Assembly (NCBI GenBank): GCA_030704225.1
Contig: CP131915.1
Span: forward strand, 3,836,025 to 3,860,024
Origin: Kosakonia sp. H02
Lineage (GTDB): Bacteria; Pseudomonadota; Gammaproteobacteria; Enterobacterales; Enterobacteriaceae
Direction of reading: 5' to 3'
Length of the DNA: 24,000 bases
A program made the translations under genes and the position numbers. Positions 20,031-24,000 of the stretch are shown here, piece by piece (the first letter of the stretch is position 1; each line of letters begins with the position of its first letter). The notes below the pieces were generated by a model. The model was not told the origin of the DNA. It searched no databases and worked only from the letters and a program-made list of their open reading frames with translations.

Positions 20031-20306
20031 ATGAAACGCAAAAACGCTTCGTTACTCGGTAATGCGCTCATGGGGTTGGGGTTGGTCGTGATGGTTGTTG
20101 GCGTCGGTTATTCGATTTTAAACCAGCTTCCACAGCTTCACCTGCCACAAATTTTTGCCCACGGCGCGGTGCTCAGTATTTTCCTCGGAGCCGTGCTCTG
20201 GCTTGCAGGCGCGCGCGTTGGCGGCCATGAGCAGGTATGTGATAAGTACTGGTGGGTGCGCCACTATGACAAACGTTGCCGCCGCGACAGGCAAAATCAC
20301 GGCTAA
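20031..20306 (+). CDS. ychH: Small stress-induced membrane protein YchH
   Basis: A 91-aa ORF: MKRKNASLLGNALMGLGLVVMVVGVGYSILNQLPQ...HEQVCDKYWWVRHYDKRCRR. It has a GGAGG RBS and sits in the conserved position between pth and dauA. Confidence 0.85.
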   Translation: MKRKNASLLGNALMGLGLVVMVVGVGYSILNQLPQLHLPQIFAHGAVLSIFLGAVLWLAGARVGGHEQVCDKYWWVRHYDKRCRRDRQNHG

Positions 20307-20322
20307 CAATAACGAATTTGAT

Positions 20323-20349
20323 AACGGTTCCCGCGGGAACCGTTTTTTT
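20323..20349 (+). terminator. Rho-independent terminator after ychH
   Basis: AACGGTTCCC-GCGGGAACCGTT followed by T7. Confidence 0.7.
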
Positions 20350-20358
20350 ACCCCAATG

Positions 20359-22038
20359 TCAGAGCGCTGCTAACGCCGCATCACGGTTCGGGAAGAATGC
20401 CAGGCGGCCAGGGATCGGCTGGATACCGGCGCGGGCCATCGTGCGCAGCGGCTGAAACTCCAGGTTGCTGACGCGAAGTTCCGTGCCTTCCGGCAGGCGG
20501 CTGACAAAGCGGCGGAACGCGTCCAGACCACCGGCATCCAGCACCGGAACAGCATCCCATTTCAGCACCACGATGCGTTTCCCGGCGATGCGTGTTTCCA
20601 GGTCGCTGAACACACCTTCCGCTGCGGCAAAAAACAGCGGGCCAATCACACGCAGGACCAGCACGTCATCCGGCACGCTGACATTTACCGTTGCCAGGCG
20701 CGTCATGTGCGCTATGCGACGCATAAACAGCAGTGATGCGAGCACAATCCCGACGCTGATGGCGATAACCATATCAAACAGTACCGTCAGCGACATACAA
20801 AGAATCATTACCACAATGTCATCGGCTGGTGCGCGGCGCAGCAGGTCAATCACCTTATGCGCTTCGCTCATATTCCATGCCACCATCAGCAGCAACGCAG
20901 CCATCGCCGAAAGCGGCAGCCACGAGAGCAGCGGAGCCAGCACCAGCAGCGCCATGATCACCAGCAGCGAGTGGATCACCGCTGAAATGGGTGACGTTGC
21001 CCCGGCGCGCACGTTGGCGGCGGAGCGGGCGATAGCGGCGGTGGCGGTGATGCCGCCAAAAAACGGCGCGACAATATTGCCCAGCCCCTGACCAATCAGC
21101 TCGCTGTTGGCTTTATGTTTGGTTCCGGTCATGCCATCCAGCACGACCGCGCAGAGCAACGATTCAATCGCACCGAGCATCGCCATCGAAAACGCGGCAG
21201 GCAGCAGCGCCCGCAACGAATCCCAGCTCAACGTAAAAGTGGAATCGGGCAGATCCCACGGCAACACCAGTTGCGGCAGCAACTGCGGAATGCCATTGCC
21301 CTGGCTGCCATCGGCCAGCACATAGTGGAACTGCGAACCGATAGTGGCGACATCACCGCCCAGCAGATTAACAATCAACATGACCGCACAACCCGCCAGC
21401 AGCGCAGGCAAGTGACCGGGCAGGCGCAAACGCAGACGCGGCCAGAGGATCAACGTGCCGAGGGTGACAATACCAATTGCCGCATCGCCCGGGTTAATCG
21501 TCGGCAGTGCCATCACCAGCGCGCCCACTTTTTGCAGGTAATGCTCCGGCACGTGCGTCAGTTGCAGACCGAAAAAGTCTTTTATCTGCATGGTGGCGAT
21601 GGTAATGCCGATCCCGGAGGTGAAACCAAGGGTGACGGAAAGGGGAATGTATTCAATCAGGCGGCCAAAGCGGGCCAGACCAAACAGGATCAGAAAAACC
21701 CCGGACATCAGGGTCGCTACCAGCAGGCCGGAGAGGCCAAACTGCTGCGAGACCGGGTAGAGGATCACCACAAAGGCGGCAGTCGGCCCGGAAACGCTGT
21801 AGCGCGACCCGCCGCTCAGAGCAATCACAATGCCTGCAACGGCAGCGGTATAAAGCCCGTATTGCGGTGCGACGCCGCTGCCAATTGCCAGCGCCATTGC
21901 CAGCGGGATCGCAATAATGCCTACGGTGATGCCGGCAATCAGATCGCGGGTAAACCGTGCGGCGGTATATTTTTCTTTCCAGCAGGCATCAATGAGCGCG
22001 CGGAAAGGCATGATGTGTGGAGAAAGCAACTTGTTCAC
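20359..22038 (-). CDS. dauA: SulP-family C4-dicarboxylate transporter DauA (YchM) with C-terminal STAS domain
   Basis: A 559-aa ORF. The sequence [55 protein letters not shown] matches E. coli DauA. Synteny between ychH and prs is conserved. Confidence 0.93.
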   Translation of the reverse strand: MNKLLSPHIMPFRALIDACWKEKYTAARFTRDLIAGITVGIIAIPLAMALAIGSGVAPQYGLYTAAVAGIVIALSGGSRYSVSGPTAAFVVILYPVSQQFGLSGLLVATLMSGVFLILFGLARFGRLIEYIPLSVTLGFTSGIGITIATMQIKDFFGLQLTHVPEHYLQKVGALVMALPTINPGDAAIGIVTLGTLILWPRLRLRLPGHLPALLAGCAVMLIVNLLGGDVATIGSQFHYVLADGSQGNGIPQLLPQLVLPWDLPDSTFTLSWDSLRALLPAAFSMAMLGAIESLLCAVVLDGMTGTKHKANSELIGQGLGNIVAPFFGGITATAAIARSAANVRAGATSPISAVIHSLLVIMALLVLAPLLSWLPLSAMAALLLMVAWNMSEAHKVIDLLRRAPADDIVVMILCMSLTVLFDMVIAISVGIVLASLLFMRRIAHMTRLATVNVSVPDDVLVLRVIGPLFFAAAEGVFSDLETRIAGKRIVVLKWDAVPVLDAGGLDAFRRFVSRLPEGTELRVSNLEFQPLRTMARAGIQPIPGRLAFFPNRDAALAAL

Positions 22039-22103
22039 AATGTGGTCGTCCGTGAAGCGTAGTCGTAAAGTATTAATAAATCATACAAATAATTTTTGAA
22101 GCT

Positions 22104-22126
22104 AAAAAAACCCGCCGGAGCGGGTT
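22104..22126 (-). terminator. Rho-independent terminator after prs
   Basis: The minus strand reads AAACCCGC-tccg-GCGGGTTT followed by T7, located 17 nt after the prs stop. Confidence 0.75.
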
Positions 22127-22142
22127 TATTGTGCAGCGTCGA

Positions 22143-23159
<1,017 letters not shown>

Positions 23160-23214
23160 CTATCCATGCGGTGTATTAAAGAGCACGATGCAACGTCTGG
23201 AACATGTGACGTTG

Positions 23215-24000
23215 TCACCGGAACTCAGCTTGCCCGGCGATGGTTTGTGCTAGCGGCGAGAGGTTGACGCCTCGCGCGACAAAACCGTGCAGCCATTCCG
23301 GGGCTTGCTCAAGCACCTGACGAGCGGCGGATTCGGTGTCAAATTCGGCAAAGACACAGGCTCCTGTGCCAGTCAGGCGCGACGGCGCGTATTCTAACAG
23401 CCAGGAAAGCGCGGCATCAACCTTACGAAAACGTTTTCTTGCGATAACCTCGCAATCGTTGCCGAATTCACATTTCAGTAACGTCTCAATTGACCTGACG
23501 GGGGTATTTCTTGGTAGTTCAGGATCATTAAAGATAACCGGAGTGGGAATGCTGACACCCGGATGCGCCACCAGATACCACTTTTCGGGCGGATTTACTG
23601 GCGTCAATATCTCGCCTACGCCCTCGGCAAACGCGGCATGACCGCGCACAAACACCGGCACATCGGCACCGAGCGTCAGACCCAGCGCCGCCAGTTCATC
23701 AACACTCAGCCCGCACTGCCACAGATGGTTGAGCGCAACCAGCACCGTCGCCGCATTTGACGAGCCGCCGCCCAGACCGCCGCCCATCGGCAGGCGTTTT
23801 TCAATGGCAATGTCCGCGCCGCTGCCTACGGTTAAGCGCCCGGTTTCCCCGGCGCGTTTCATCAGCAACCGCGCCGCGCGCACGATAAGGTTCTCTTCAT
23901 CAGGCACGCCAGCAACCGGCGTCAACAGGCAAATGTTGCCATCGCTGCGCGGTTCAATCGTCAGCGTATCACCGTAGTCAAGGAACTGAAAAAGCGTTTG
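23215..24000 (-). CDS. ispE: 4-diphosphocytidyl-2-C-methyl-D-erythritol kinase, 5' end beyond window
   Basis: The frame stays open past the track's Met at 23925 to the window edge. My translation of 24000-23926 gives [20 protein letters not shown]..., and the GHMP-kinase motif [14 protein letters not shown] is present. It has the conserved position upstream of prs. Confidence 0.9.
   Translation of the reverse strand, partial: QTLFQFLDYGDTLTIEPRSDGNICLLTPVAGVPDEENLIVRAARLLMKRAGETGRLTVGSGADIAIEKRLPMGGGLGGGSSNAATVLVALNHLWQCGLSVDELAALGLTLGADVPVFVRGHAAFAEGVGEILTPVNPPEKWYLVAHPGVSIPTPVIFNDPELPRNTPVRSIETLLKCEFGNDCEVIARKRFRKVDAALSWLLEYAPSRLTGTGACVFAEFDTESAARQVLEQAPEWLHGFVARGVNLSPLAQTIAGQAEFR

Noticed and set aside
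20465-22062. Long plus-strand ORFs (208 aa and 315 aa) opposite dauA
   Set aside because: These are antisense shadow ORFs of a GC-rich membrane-protein gene. Their Arg/Gln/Ser/Thr-rich low-complexity translations show no recognisable motifs.

Overview
This looks like an enterobacterial chromosome segment; the core proteins are nearly identical to my memory of E. coli YchF, Pth, YchH, DauA, Prs and IspE. All family calls are from motifs read by eye, since I could not run BLAST, HMM or RNA-folding tools.

Layout:
- Right third (about 17.9-24 kb): the conserved core block ychF-pth-ychH-dauA-prs-ispE.
- Left 2.6 kb: a minus-strand run of a LysR regulator, an EamA/DMT transporter and a PanE-like oxidoreductase (cut by the window edge).
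- Middle (about 2.77-17.9 kb): a roughly 15.2-kb accessory island with no integrase or transposase. It is bracketed by a diverged 96-nt direct repeat, which is the last 14 codons of ychF plus its terminator hairpin.

The island has two modules:
1. A LysR regulator divergent from a signal-less Cys-type sulfatase and an ACS-type MFS transporter.
2. A bgl-like PTS system (BglG-family antiterminator, EIIBCA, GH1 6-phospho-beta-glucosidase) fused to sulfatase genes: a secreted Ser-type sulfatase, its radical-SAM/SPASM maturase, an outer-membrane porin and a secreted Cys-type sulfatase.

Most interesting observation: three canonical BglG-type RAT-plus-terminator RNA switches. Two are 30/30 identical and face outward from one AT-rich divergent promoter region at 10.18-10.54 kb. 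One sits in front of sulfatase-maturase-antiterminator and the other in front of porin-sulfatase. This implies that sulfatase expression and maturation are controlled by PTS-coupled antitermination. I interpret the module as a candidate sulfated beta-glucoside utilisation locus, which is inference.

Also notable: a perfect in-frame 108-bp tandem duplication inside the porin gene.
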